DNA from: Acidimicrobiaceae bacterium
GTDB taxonomy: Bacteria > Actinomycetota > Acidimicrobiia > Acidimicrobiales > Aldehydirespiratoraceae
NCBI GenBank assembly: GCA_009843915.1
Contig: VYCM01000146.1
Coordinates: forward strand, 31,332 to 95,331
Direction of reading: 5' to 3'
Length of the DNA stretch: 64,000 nt
The notes beneath the pieces were generated by a model. It was not told where the DNA came from. It made no database searches and saw nothing but the letters and a program-made list of their open reading frames with translations. Shown here piece by piece: positions 18,725 to 27,541 of this stretch. Numbering within the stretch: position 1 is the first letter of the stretch; each line of letters begins with the position of its first letter. The translations under genes were made by a program, and so were the position numbers.

Positions 18725-21277
18725 ATGAGGTCCGGCGCGCAGGTCGTGGTGGTCGGCGGGGGAGTGGTGGGCGCCAGCGTGCTCTACCACCTCACCAAGG
18801 CGGGCTGGACCGATGTCGTGCTGGTGGAGCGCACCGAGCTCACCGCCGGCTCCACTTGGCACAGTGCCGGCGGCATGCACACCCTCAACAGCGATCCCAA
18901 CGTCGCCCGGCTCCAGCGCTACACCATTGAGCTGTACGCCGAGATCGAGCGGATCTCGGGCCAGGACTGCGGGGTCCACATGCCCGGCGGCGTCATGCTG
19001 GCCGACACGCCGGAGCGGCTCGACTGGCTCAAGATGACGCACGCCCGGGGCCGCTACCTCGGGATGGAGACCGAGTTGGTGTCGGTGGCCGAGGCGGCCG
19101 AACTGGTCCCGCTGATCGACCCCCAGCACTTCGTGGGCGCCCTGGTCGACGCCCACGAGGGCCACGTCGACCCGGCCGGGGTGACCCATGCCTTCGCCCG
19201 GGCGGCCCGGGCCGCGGGCGCCGAGGTGTACCGCAACTGCTGGGCCCGGGCCATCGAGCGACGTCGCGACGGCGGCTGGCGGGTGCTGGTGTACGACACC
19301 GCCAGCGGGGAGGACCTCGGGGCCATCGACTGCGAGCACGTGGTGAACTGCGGTGGCCTGTGGGCCCGCGAGGTAGGCCGCATGGTGGGGCTGGAGCTTC
19401 CGGTGCTGGCCATGGAGCACACGTACATCGTGACCGAGCCGCTCGAAGAGGTGATCGAGTACAACCGGCGGACCGGCTCACGGCTGAGACACGTGATCGA
19501 CTTCGGCGGCGAGATGTACATGCGCCAGGAGGGCGAGGGCATGCTGCTGGGCACCTACGAGCAGGCCTGCCTGCCATGGTCGCCACGTCAGACGCCGTGG
19601 GACTTCCCCATGCGGCTGTTGCCGTCGGACCTGGACCGCATCGCCGACTCGCTGGAGGTCGCCTTCGCCCACTTCCCCGCGTTTGCTGCGGCCGGGATCC
19701 AGCGGGTGGTGAACGGGCCGTTCACCTTCGCGCCCGACGGCAACCCGCTGGTCGGTCCGGTCCGGGGGCTGCCGGGGTACTGGACCGCGTGCGGCGTGAT
19801 GGCTGGACTGTCCCAGTGCGGCGGCGTGGGGCTGTCGGTGGCCAACTGGATCACGGCGGCGGATCCCGGCTTCGACGTTTGGGCCATGGACGTGGCCCGG
19901 TTCGGCGATTACGCCACGCTCGCCTATACCAACGCCAAGGTGCGGGAAAACTACACGCGCCGGTTCCGGATCACGTTCCCCAACGAGTTCCTGCCCGAGG
20001 GACGGGGCGTGCAGACCTCCCCCATCTATGACCGGCTGGTGGCGGCCAACGCGGTGTGGGGCGACGCCTTCGGCTTGGAGTCGGCGCTGTGGTTCCAGGA
20101 GGAGGGTCTGGAGCCGGTCGAGGAGGTCACCTTCGGACGGTCCAATGCATGGGACCGGGTGCGGGCCGAGACCCTGGCCGTGCGGGCCGGCGTAGGCATG
20201 ATGGAGACCACCGGCTTCGCCAAGTTCCTGGTGTCGGGTCCGGCTGCGAGGGAGTGGCTCGACCGGCTGCTGGCGGGTCGGGTGCCGATCCCGGGCCGCA
20301 TGGCGCTGACGCCGATGACCAACCCTAGGGGCAACCTCGCCGGCGACTTGACGGTGGCATGCCTGCCTCCCGCGCCCGGCCGGGCCGAGGGACCGGCGGG
20401 CACCGTGGTGGGCGGAGCCACCGGCAACGTGCGGGACGGCGAGCGGTTCGTGGTGTTCGGCTCCGGCATCGCGGAGCGCTACTACGAGCGCTGGTTCGAC
20501 GCCCATCTGCCGGCCGACGGCTCGGTCGGCTACCAGACGCTCGGAGCGGAATTGTGCGGTCTGGCCATCGCCGGGCCGGCGGCGCGGGCGCTGCTGGCTG
20601 AGGTCACCGGCACCGACGTGTCGGCTCACGGGATGCGGTTCATGGCCTTCGATGAGATGGAGGTGGGCCAGGCCCCGGTGTGGTGCGGGCGGATCAGCTT
20701 CACCGGCGATCTGGGCTACGAGCTGTGGATGCCGGCCCGCTACCAGCGCTACGTGTTCGATCTGCTGCGGTCGGCGGGGGAGGCGCACGGCCTGGAGCTG
20801 TTCGGGCTGCACGCGCTGAACTCGCTGCGCCTGGAGAAGGGGTTCGGGTCGTGGCTCCGTGAGTACCGGCCCGACTACGACCCGTTCGAGGCCGGGCTGG
20901 GCCGCTTCGTGCGGATGGAGAAGGACTTCATCGGCCGGGACGCGTTGATCGCCAAGTACGGCGAGAGCGGCCCGCCGGGCGGGGTGGCGGCGACAGGCCT
21001 ACGCCTGTGCACCTGGACGGTTGACGTGGGCACCGGCGCCGATGCCTGCGACGTGATCGGCGACGAGCCGGTGTGGCACGACGGCGAGGTGGTCGGCTGG
21101 GTCACCTCCGGCGGCTACGCCCACCACAGTGAGGTGTCCGTGGCCATGGGCTACGTCCCCGCCGAGCTGGCCGACTCGTCCGGCCGCTTCGAGATCGAGA
21201 TAGTCGGCTCCCGCCGCCCAGCCAAGCCGGTCGAGAGCTGCCTATGGGACCCCGCAGGCGACAGAATGCGATCCTGA
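18725..21277 (+). CDS. Dimethylglycine/sarcosine dehydrogenase-like FAD oxidoreductase fused to a GcvT-type folate-binding aminomethyltransferase domain
   Basis: 850 aa. VVVVGGGVVGASVLYHL FAD fold, TAGSTWHSAGG, and a C-terminal GcvT-like region (GDLGYELW, RLEKGF). Confidence 0.85.
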   Translation: MRSGAQVVVVGGGVVGASVLYHLTKAGWTDVVLVERTELTAGSTWHSAGGMHTLNSDPNVARLQRYTIELYAEIERISGQDCGVHMPGGVMLADTPERLDWLKMTHARGRYLGMETELVSVAEAAELVPLIDPQHFVGALVDAHEGHVDPAGVTHAFARAARAAGAEVYRNCWARAIERRRDGGWRVLVYDTASGEDLGAIDCEHVVNCGGLWAREVGRMVGLELPVLAMEHTYIVTEPLEEVIEYNRRTGSRLRHVIDFGGEMYMRQEGEGMLLGTYEQACLPWSPRQTPWDFPMRLLPSDLDRIADSLEVAFAHFPAFAAAGIQRVVNGPFTFAPDGNPLVGPVRGLPGYWTACGVMAGLSQCGGVGLSVANWITAADPGFDVWAMDVARFGDYATLAYTNAKVRENYTRRFRITFPNEFLPEGRGVQTSPIYDRLVAANAVWGDAFGLESALWFQEEGLEPVEEVTFGRSNAWDRVRAETLAVRAGVGMMETTGFAKFLVSGPAAREWLDRLLAGRVPIPGRMALTPMTNPRGNLAGDLTVACLPPAPGRAEGPAGTVVGGATGNVRDGERFVVFGSGIAERYYERWFDAHLPADGSVGYQTLGAELCGLAIAGPAARALLAEVTGTDVSAHGMRFMAFDEMEVGQAPVWCGRISFTGDLGYELWMPARYQRYVFDLLRSAGEAHGLELFGLHALNSLRLEKGFGSWLREYRPDYDPFEAGLGRFVRMEKDFIGRDALIAKYGESGPPGGVAATGLRLCTWTVDVGTGADACDVIGDEPVWHDGEVVGWVTSGGYAHHSEVSVAMGYVPAELADSSGRFEIEIVGSRRPAKPVESCLWDPAGDRMRS

Positions 21278-21320
21278 CGGCAACACCACTTCAGATCCTG
21301 ACTACCGGCAGCCACCGCTG

Positions 21321-21758
21321 CTACTCGCGGATGAGGGTCTCGATGTTGGGGTCGAGGGTGTGGTAGTCGGAGGCTTCGACCTCGAATAGCGCACCCTCGG
21401 TAGTCAAGCCGGTGGGGAGATCCAGCGTGCCGGCGCAGATGGCGATGTGGTCGGCCTGATCGCCGGGGCCCTCGTGCACCCTCCAGAACAACGACCCGCC
21501 GCAGTCGCGGCAGAACCCGTAGGCCACGTTGGGGTCGTCGACGGGATGGTGCCAGGCCAGCGAGTCGTCGGACACGAGGTGGAGATGCTCCTGGCGGCAG
21601 TTCGTGCCCGCCATAAAATGGCCGGTCCAGCGCCGGCAGCGCCAGCAGTGGCAGTTCCATACCGGGCGGGCCGGGCCGTGCACCTCGTAGCTCACGGCGC
21701 CGCAGAGGCAGTGGCCTGAGAGCTGCGATTCGGGTTCGGGGCGGGTGTTCTCGTTCAC
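21321..21758 (-). CDS. GFA (glutathione-dependent formaldehyde-activating enzyme) family protein
   Basis: 145 aa. CLCGAV...CHCWRCRR...CRDCG zinc-binding cysteine pattern typical of GFA/CENP-V. Confidence 0.8.
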   Translation of the reverse strand: MNENTRPEPESQLSGHCLCGAVSYEVHGPARPVWNCHCWRCRRWTGHFMAGTNCRQEHLHLVSDDSLAWHHPVDDPNVAYGFCRDCGGSLFWRVHEGPGDQADHIAICAGTLDLPTGLTTEGALFEVEASDYHTLDPNIETLIRE

Positions 21759-21859
21759 GCCAGTGCCTCCCTGGATCTCCTCCGGCAGCGGTAGGGTCGC
21801 GATTGTTGCATGACCCGGGAGTGCGCCGTCGCACTCCGGCTTGAGTTCGGAAGGGGACT

Positions 21860-23554
21860 ATGGCAGATCACGGCCGTCGTTACGACTACGTGATCGTGGG
21901 CGGGGGCTCGGCTGGCTGCGCGCTGGCCAACCGGCTCAGCACTGATCCGGGCACCTCGGTGCTGGTGCTGGAGGCGGGTCGGCGGGACTGGCGCTTCGAC
22001 GTGTACATACACATGCCGGCAGCTCTGTCGTTCCCCATCGGCAACCGCTTCTACGACTGGCAGTACACTTCCGAGCCCGAGCCCCACATGGGCGGGCGCC
22101 GCGTCTACCACGCCCGGGGCAAGGTGCTGGGCGGATCCTCCAGCATCAACGGCATGATCTTCCAGCGGGGCAATCCCCTCGACTACGAGCGCTGGGCCGC
22201 CGACCCCGGCATGGAGCGCTGGGACTACGCCCACTGCCTGCCCTACTTCAAGCGCATGGAGCAGTGCCTGGCCGGTGACGACCACAGCGGCCCCGACGGG
22301 ACCCGTGGCAAGGGCGCCTACCGCGGCCACCAAGGCCCTCTGGTGCTGGAGCGGGGGCCGGCCACCAACCCCCTGTTCGAGGCATTCCTGGAAGCCACCG
22401 AGCAGGCCGGCCACCCCCGGACCGCCGATGTCAACGGCTACCGCCAGGAGGGCTTCGCCGCGTTCGACCGCAACGTCCACCGGGGCCGGCGTCTGAGCGC
22501 GTCCCAGGCCTATCTGCATCCCGTGCTCAAGCGGCCCAACCTCCATCTCGTCACCCGGGCACTCACCACCAGGATCCTCTTCAACGGCGACCGGGCCACC
22601 GGCGTCACCTACACCAAGGGCGGCCGCCACCGCACCGTTGAGGCCGGCGAGGTGATCTGCTGCGGCGGGGCCATCAACTCGCCGCAACTCCTGCAGCTCT
22701 CCGGCGTGGGCCCGGCCGGCCTCCTGCACCGCCACGGCATCGACGTGGTGGCCGACGTTCCCGCCGTCGGCGCCAACATGCAGGACCACCTGGAGGTGTA
22801 CGTCCAGTACGCCTGCAAGCAGCCGGTGTCGATGCAGCCGCACCTGGCCAAATGGCGCCGGCCCTGGATCGGCCTGCAATGGCTGGCTCGCCGCGGTCCC
22901 GCCGCGACCAACCACTTCGAGGCGGGCGGCTTCATCCGCAGCAACGACGACGTCGCCTATCCCAACCTCATGTTCCACTTCCTGCCCATCGCCATCCGTT
23001 ACGACGGCTCGGTGCCCGAGGGCGGCCACGGCTATCAGGTGCACGTAGGGCCGATGTACAGCAACTCGCGGGGGACCGTTGCCATCGTCTCGACTGACCC
23101 GCGGACCAAGCCGGCGCTGCGCTTCAACTACCTGTCCACCGACGAGGACCGCCGGGAGTGGGTGGAGGCCGTCCGCCACGCCCGGCACATTCTCAACCAG
23201 CCGGCCATGAACCCGTTCAACGGCGGGGAGGTATCGCCCGGCCCCTCGGTGAGCACCGACGAGGAGATCCTCGACTGGGTGCGCAGCGACGCCGAGACCG
23301 CCCTGCACCCGTCCTGCACGGCCCGCATGGGCCTGGGCGACGACTCGGCGCTGAACCCGGACTCGCTCGAGGTTCACGGCACGAGGAGCCTGCGGGTGGT
23401 GGACGCCTCGTCGATGCCGTATGTGACCAACGGCAACATCTACGCCCCGGTGATGATGCTGGCCGAGAAGGCCGCAGACCTGATCCTGGGAAACATGCCG
23501 CTGGCTGCTGAACCGGTGGACTTCTACCGGGCCGACCCAACCGGTGTGACCTAA
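21860..23554 (+). CDS. betA: Choline dehydrogenase-like GMC oxidoreductase
   Basis: [23 protein letters not shown] motif, [13 protein letters not shown], and a C-terminal HPSCTARMG / active-site region. Length 564 aa. Confidence 0.8.
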   Translation: MADHGRRYDYVIVGGGSAGCALANRLSTDPGTSVLVLEAGRRDWRFDVYIHMPAALSFPIGNRFYDWQYTSEPEPHMGGRRVYHARGKVLGGSSSINGMIFQRGNPLDYERWAADPGMERWDYAHCLPYFKRMEQCLAGDDHSGPDGTRGKGAYRGHQGPLVLERGPATNPLFEAFLEATEQAGHPRTADVNGYRQEGFAAFDRNVHRGRRLSASQAYLHPVLKRPNLHLVTRALTTRILFNGDRATGVTYTKGGRHRTVEAGEVICCGGAINSPQLLQLSGVGPAGLLHRHGIDVVADVPAVGANMQDHLEVYVQYACKQPVSMQPHLAKWRRPWIGLQWLARRGPAATNHFEAGGFIRSNDDVAYPNLMFHFLPIAIRYDGSVPEGGHGYQVHVGPMYSNSRGTVAIVSTDPRTKPALRFNYLSTDEDRREWVEAVRHARHILNQPAMNPFNGGEVSPGPSVSTDEEILDWVRSDAETALHPSCTARMGLGDDSALNPDSLEVHGTRSLRVVDASSMPYVTNGNIYAPVMMLAEKAADLILGNMPLAAEPVDFYRADPTGVT

Positions 23555-23658
23555 ATCACACCCCTTCTGACCTCCAATTCGTTGCAATTCGCGGCGTTCG
23601 GCGAAACACTCTGAAGACAGCCGACGATGTGGCGTACACAGGCAAAGGAGGAGCGAGG

Positions 23659-23808
23659 ATGAGCCCCATTCCGTTCAGCAACAGCAAGGTCAACGCCAAC
23701 ACTGTGTGGCGAGACGCCTTAGGGCCCGGCTATGCCGTAGGCGTGGTCGAGAGCCTGTTGCGGGTGACCGGCGAGGCCGCCGGCCGCCCGTACCGGGTCC
23801 GCCGCTAG
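23659..23808 (+). CDS. Unannotated 49-codon small ORF (hypothetical)
   Basis: Below the ORF-track size cutoff. ATG 23659 is preceded by AAAGGAGGAG with 6-nt spacing. It encodes MSPIPFSNSKVNANTVWRDALGPGYAVGVVESLLRVTGEAAGRPYRVRR. Mostly G/C-ending codons. TAG at 23806-23808. Confidence 0.3.
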   Translation: MSPIPFSNSKVNANTVWRDALGPGYAVGVVESLLRVTGEAAGRPYRVRR

Positions 23809-23833
23809 CGGACCACGGATCAGCACGACGATT

Positions 23834-23957
23834 CCCTCCCGAGGGGCGTAAGCCCCTCACCCCAACTCGAGGCCCCCGCCGAGATCGGTCACCCCCCAGC
23901 CGATACGGCGAGGGCCTCGACGCGTCCGGCCGCGGCTACCCCTTCAGCCTTTAGGCT
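23834..23957 (+). promoter_or_regulatory. Structured 5' leader of metY (three hairpins; function unknown)
   Basis: Hairpin one is GAGGGGC-GUAA-GCCCCUC (23841-23858, GNRA loop). Hairpin two is a long interrupted hairpin, GAGGCCC/CGCCG/AUCGG-loop-CCGAU/CGGCG/GGGCCUC (23869-23918). Hairpin three is AGCCU-UU-AGGCU (23946-23957), just before GTG 23965. Confidence 0.35.
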
Positions 23958-23964
23958 CGCCGGT

Positions 23965-25257
23965 GTGGTAGAGCCCGACTTCCTGCGTTTCGACACTCTC
24001 AGCCTTCACGCCGGCCAGCACAGCGATCCGACGACGGGCGCCAGAGCCGTGCCTATCTACTTCACCACCTCGTACTCCTTCGAGGACACCGACCACGCGG
24101 CCGGGCTGTTCAACCTCGAGATCCCGGGCCACATTTACTCCCGGATCTCCAACCCGACCGTGGCCGTGTTCGAGGAACGGGTGGCTGCACTGGAGGGCGG
24201 TGTGGGCGCGGTGGCCACCGCCAGCGGCCAGGCCGCCTTCTTCCTGGCCGTGGCCACCCTGATGGACACCGGCGGCCACATCGTGGCCAGCCGCAACATC
24301 TACGGCGGCACCCACAACATGCTCAACCTGACCCTGCCGCGCTTCGGCATCACCACCACGTTCGTGGACCCCCGCCGTCCCGACGAGTTCGCGGCGGCCA
24401 TCCGCTCCGAAACCCGCCTCATCTTCGCGGAGACGCTCGGCAATCCGGGCATAGAGGTGCTCGACATCGGCGCAGTGGCCGAAGTGGCTCACGCCCGCGG
24501 GCTGCCTCTGATGGTGGATGCCACGTTCTCGACCCCTTACCTCATCCGCCCCATCGAGCACGGCGCCGACATCGTGATGCACTCGGCCACCAAGTTCCTC
24601 GGCGGTCACGGCATCGCTCTCGGAGGCGTGCTCGTCGACGGCGGCCACTTCGACTGGGACGCGTCGGGCCTGTTTCCCACAATCACCGAGCCCTACGCCG
24701 GCTACCACGGCATCAGCTTCAGCGACGAGTTCGGTCCGGGAGCCTTCATCAGCCGGGCCCGGGCGGAGGGGCTGCGGGACTTCGGCGCCTGCATGAGCCC
24801 GGCCAACGCCTTCCAGATCCTGTCGGGCGTCGAGACGCTGCCGCTGAGGATGCAGCGCCACATGGCCAACACCGAGGCCGTGGCCGAGGCATTGACGGCC
24901 AACGACGCGGTGACCTGGGTCAAGCACCCGTCCCTGTCCAGCCATCCCGACCACGAACTGGCCCGCCGGCTCTACCCGAGAGGCACCGGCGCCATCCTGA
25001 GCTTCGGCATCGCCGGAGGACGCGACGCCGGGGCCAAGTTCATCGCCGCGGTCCGCCTGGCCTCCCATCTGGCCAACGTGGGCGACGCCAAGACGCTGGT
25101 GATCCACCCGGCCAGCACCACCCACCAGCAGATGTCGGCCGAAGACCTGGCCGCGTCCGGAATGGGCGAGGATCTCGTGCGGATCTCGGTCGGCCTGGAG
25201 GACCCCCGCGACATCATCGAGGACTTGGAGCGGGCCCTCAAGGCTTCGCAGCGCTGA
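23965..25257 (+). CDS. metY: O-acetylhomoserine aminocarboxypropyltransferase / sulfhydrylase (PLP-dependent)
   Basis: 430 aa. FDTLSLHAGQ, IYSRISNPT, and SATKFLGGHG (PLP lysine) are classic MetY/Cys-Met metabolism family blocks. Confidence 0.85.
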   Translation: MVEPDFLRFDTLSLHAGQHSDPTTGARAVPIYFTTSYSFEDTDHAAGLFNLEIPGHIYSRISNPTVAVFEERVAALEGGVGAVATASGQAAFFLAVATLMDTGGHIVASRNIYGGTHNMLNLTLPRFGITTTFVDPRRPDEFAAAIRSETRLIFAETLGNPGIEVLDIGAVAEVAHARGLPLMVDATFSTPYLIRPIEHGADIVMHSATKFLGGHGIALGGVLVDGGHFDWDASGLFPTITEPYAGYHGISFSDEFGPGAFISRARAEGLRDFGACMSPANAFQILSGVETLPLRMQRHMANTEAVAEALTANDAVTWVKHPSLSSHPDHELARRLYPRGTGAILSFGIAGGRDAGAKFIAAVRLASHLANVGDAKTLVIHPASTTHQQMSAEDLAASGMGEDLVRISVGLEDPRDIIEDLERALKASQR

Positions 25258-25270
25258 GAGCTGAGCCGAC

Positions 25271-26068
25271 GTGGAAGCGCTGATCGACGGGCGGGTGGTG
25301 CGCTGTGCCACCGGGGGACGCAGCATCGACGGCGACGAGCCCGCGGTCGTACTGGTGCACGGAGCGGGCGGCGACCGCACGGTGTGGCAGCTCCAGACCC
25401 GCTGGATCGCGCACCACGGCTACCGGGCCGCGGCGGTGGACCTGCCCGGACACGGCGGCAGCCGGGGCCCAGTGCTAGCCGGCATCGAGGAGATGGGGGC
25501 GTGGCTGGCGAGCACCACCGAGGCCCTGGGCTTGGCGCCTGCCCACCTAGTTGGGCATTCGATGGGCACGTTCGTGGCGCTGGAGGCGGCCGCCCAGCGG
25601 CCTGAGGTGGCCCGATCGCTGGTACTGCTGGGCACCGCCGGGGCGATGCCGGTGCATCCCGCGCTGCAGTCGGCAGCCGATGCCGACGACCCCGTGGCCG
25701 GGCGCCTCATCACCTCCTGGGGCATAGGCAGTCGAGCGCACACCGGCGGACACGCCTCACCGGGCATGTGGCTCATCGGGGGCAACACCTCCCTGCTGGA
25801 CCGGGCGCGGCCCGGAGTGCTGGCCAATGATCTGGCCGCGTGCGACGCCTACGACGGGGCCGAAGCAGCCGCGGCCCGGGTGCAGTGCCCCGTGACGCTG
25901 GTGCTGGGCCGTGAGGACAAGATGACCCCGAACAAGCGGGCGGCGGGGATGATCGACGCCTTCGGGGACGTGCACAGCGTCTACCTCGATCGGGTCGGTC
26001 ACTTCCTGCAGATCGAGAGCCCCATTCCGGTGCGCAAGGCCATCGCCGCGGCCCTGGCCCGAGCCTGA
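25271..26068 (+). CDS. Alpha/beta-fold hydrolase
   Basis: VVLVHGAGGD oxyanion region, GHSMG nucleophile elbow, and a C-terminal GHF(L) histidine. Confidence 0.75.
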   Translation: MEALIDGRVVRCATGGRSIDGDEPAVVLVHGAGGDRTVWQLQTRWIAHHGYRAAAVDLPGHGGSRGPVLAGIEEMGAWLASTTEALGLAPAHLVGHSMGTFVALEAAAQRPEVARSLVLLGTAGAMPVHPALQSAADADDPVAGRLITSWGIGSRAHTGGHASPGMWLIGGNTSLLDRARPGVLANDLAACDAYDGAEAAAARVQCPVTLVLGREDKMTPNKRAAGMIDAFGDVHSVYLDRVGHFLQIESPIPVRKAIAAALARA

Positions 26069-26179
26069 CGCAATCCGGCTCGAGCCGGCCGCGGCCGTCA
26101 GGCCGGTCGGCCCCCATTGTGACGAAAGTCACGAGCGAATTGCGGGCTTGCCGTCGGGGCTCGTCACTACGATCCGGTC

Positions 26180-27481
26180 GTGGCCTCAGGCGCTGTGGTG
26201 CGGCCCGAGCCTGGCGACGAAGGGCTGCCGGGCGGACCGCTGATCGAGCCGCGCGGCGACAGCTTCGGCGCGGTCAGGTCGTTGCTGGTAGGAGTGGCCC
26301 TGGCCATGAGCTGCAACGGTCTGCTGCGGGTCGCGCTGGGGGTGCGGGCCGAGTTGGAGGACTTCGGGCTGGCCGTGACCGGCGTGGTGATGGCCGGCTA
26401 CTTCCTGGGCTTCCTGTTCGGGACCAAGGCAGCCGAGCACTTCATCGCCTCCGTCGGCCACATCCGGGTGTTCGCCGCCCTGTCGTCGGTGGGCTCGGCC
26501 GCCGCCGTCCTGCACGTGGTATGGATCCATCCGGCGTCGTGGACGCTGCTGAGGTTCGCCTACGGGCTGTGCCTGGCCGGGATCCTGGTGACCGTCGAGT
26601 CGTGGCTCAACGACATGGCCACCAACGCCACCCGGGGCCGGATGCTGTCGCGCTACATGATCGTGACCATGGGCGGGATCGGCGTGGGCCAGTTGATGCT
26701 CAACCTCGCCGATCCCGGCGGCTTCAAGCTGTTCGTGGTGTCCTCGGCGTTGATCTCGTTCGCGCTGGTGCCGGTGGCACTGTCGGCGTCGACCGCGCCG
26801 CCGTTGGTGGTGCCCGAGCCGATCTCGCTGCGGGAGCTCGTCAAGGTCGTGCCCCTGGGGCTGCTGACCGCGTTCTGGGTTGGCGTCTCGCAGGGCTGCT
26901 TGATGGGGCTCGGTGCCTTCTATGCCGCCTCGGAGGGCCTGTCCAACACCCGGATCTCGTTGTTCGTGGTCTCGTCGATGGCGGGGTCTGTGGCTTTCCA
27001 GTGGCTCGTTGGCAGCGCCTCGGACCGGGTGCCGCGCCGCTATGTGATCCTGGTCGTGGCCATCATCGCGGCAGGATCCGCGGGTCTGCACCTGCTGGTG
27101 CCGGTGGGATCGGCTCTGTCGCTGCTGCTGATGTTCATCCACGGCGGCTCGACGTTCCCGCTGTACTCCCTGGCCGTGGCCACCACCGCCGACAGCGTCT
27201 CGCCCGCGCAGTTGACCGGGGCCAGCGCTTCGCTGGTGAGGGTCAGCGGGGTCGGGGCCGTGATCGGGCCGACGCTGGGCGGATTTCTTATGGCGGCCAT
27301 CGCGCCGTGGGCCTACTTCGGGGTCCTCGTCGTGTGCCACGCCGTCATCGCGCTGTACGTGGTGTACCGCATGTTCACACGGCCGGCCCCGCCCGTCACC
27401 GAGCAGGGCACGTTCGATCCGTGGCCGCTGCGGGCCTCAGCCGTGGCTGCCAACCTCCTGCGTCGCCCCCGCCTCCGCTGA
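26180..27481 (+). CDS. MFS transporter
   Basis: About 12 hydrophobic segments and the MFS loop motif region (DRVPRRYVIL). The start codon is uncertain. Confidence 0.7.
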   Translation: MASGAVVRPEPGDEGLPGGPLIEPRGDSFGAVRSLLVGVALAMSCNGLLRVALGVRAELEDFGLAVTGVVMAGYFLGFLFGTKAAEHFIASVGHIRVFAALSSVGSAAAVLHVVWIHPASWTLLRFAYGLCLAGILVTVESWLNDMATNATRGRMLSRYMIVTMGGIGVGQLMLNLADPGGFKLFVVSSALISFALVPVALSASTAPPLVVPEPISLRELVKVVPLGLLTAFWVGVSQGCLMGLGAFYAASEGLSNTRISLFVVSSMAGSVAFQWLVGSASDRVPRRYVILVVAIIAAGSAGLHLLVPVGSALSLLLMFIHGGSTFPLYSLAVATTADSVSPAQLTGASASLVRVSGVGAVIGPTLGGFLMAAIAPWAYFGVLVVCHAVIALYVVYRMFTRPAPPVTEQGTFDPWPLRASAVAANLLRRPRLR

Positions 27482-27541
27482 GGGGCCTAACTCTTGGAAC
27501 CGCCCGCTCCGTGGCGGTGGTGACGGCTAGTCTGAAACTCC

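Noticed and set aside
21755-23587. 610-aa minus-strand ORF overlapping betA. The same class includes 6170-7402, 15762-17129, 18224-19420, 19478-20812, 23944-25380, 26186-27340, 27842-29029, 38663-39523 and 40963-42102.
   Set aside because: All are antisense or out-of-frame to genes with strong family signatures. They have biased low-complexity composition and no recognisable domains. I treat them as non-coding shadows.
23700-23964. SAM-I / SAM-IV riboswitch upstream of metY (UCGAGAGCC...GGGUGACCGGC looks vaguely S-box-like).
   Set aside because: The GGCAACC and GGUGC(C/U)AAUUCC-type core elements are missing, and the S-box-like words fall inside the well-formed small ORF. I retained it only as an unclassified structured leader.
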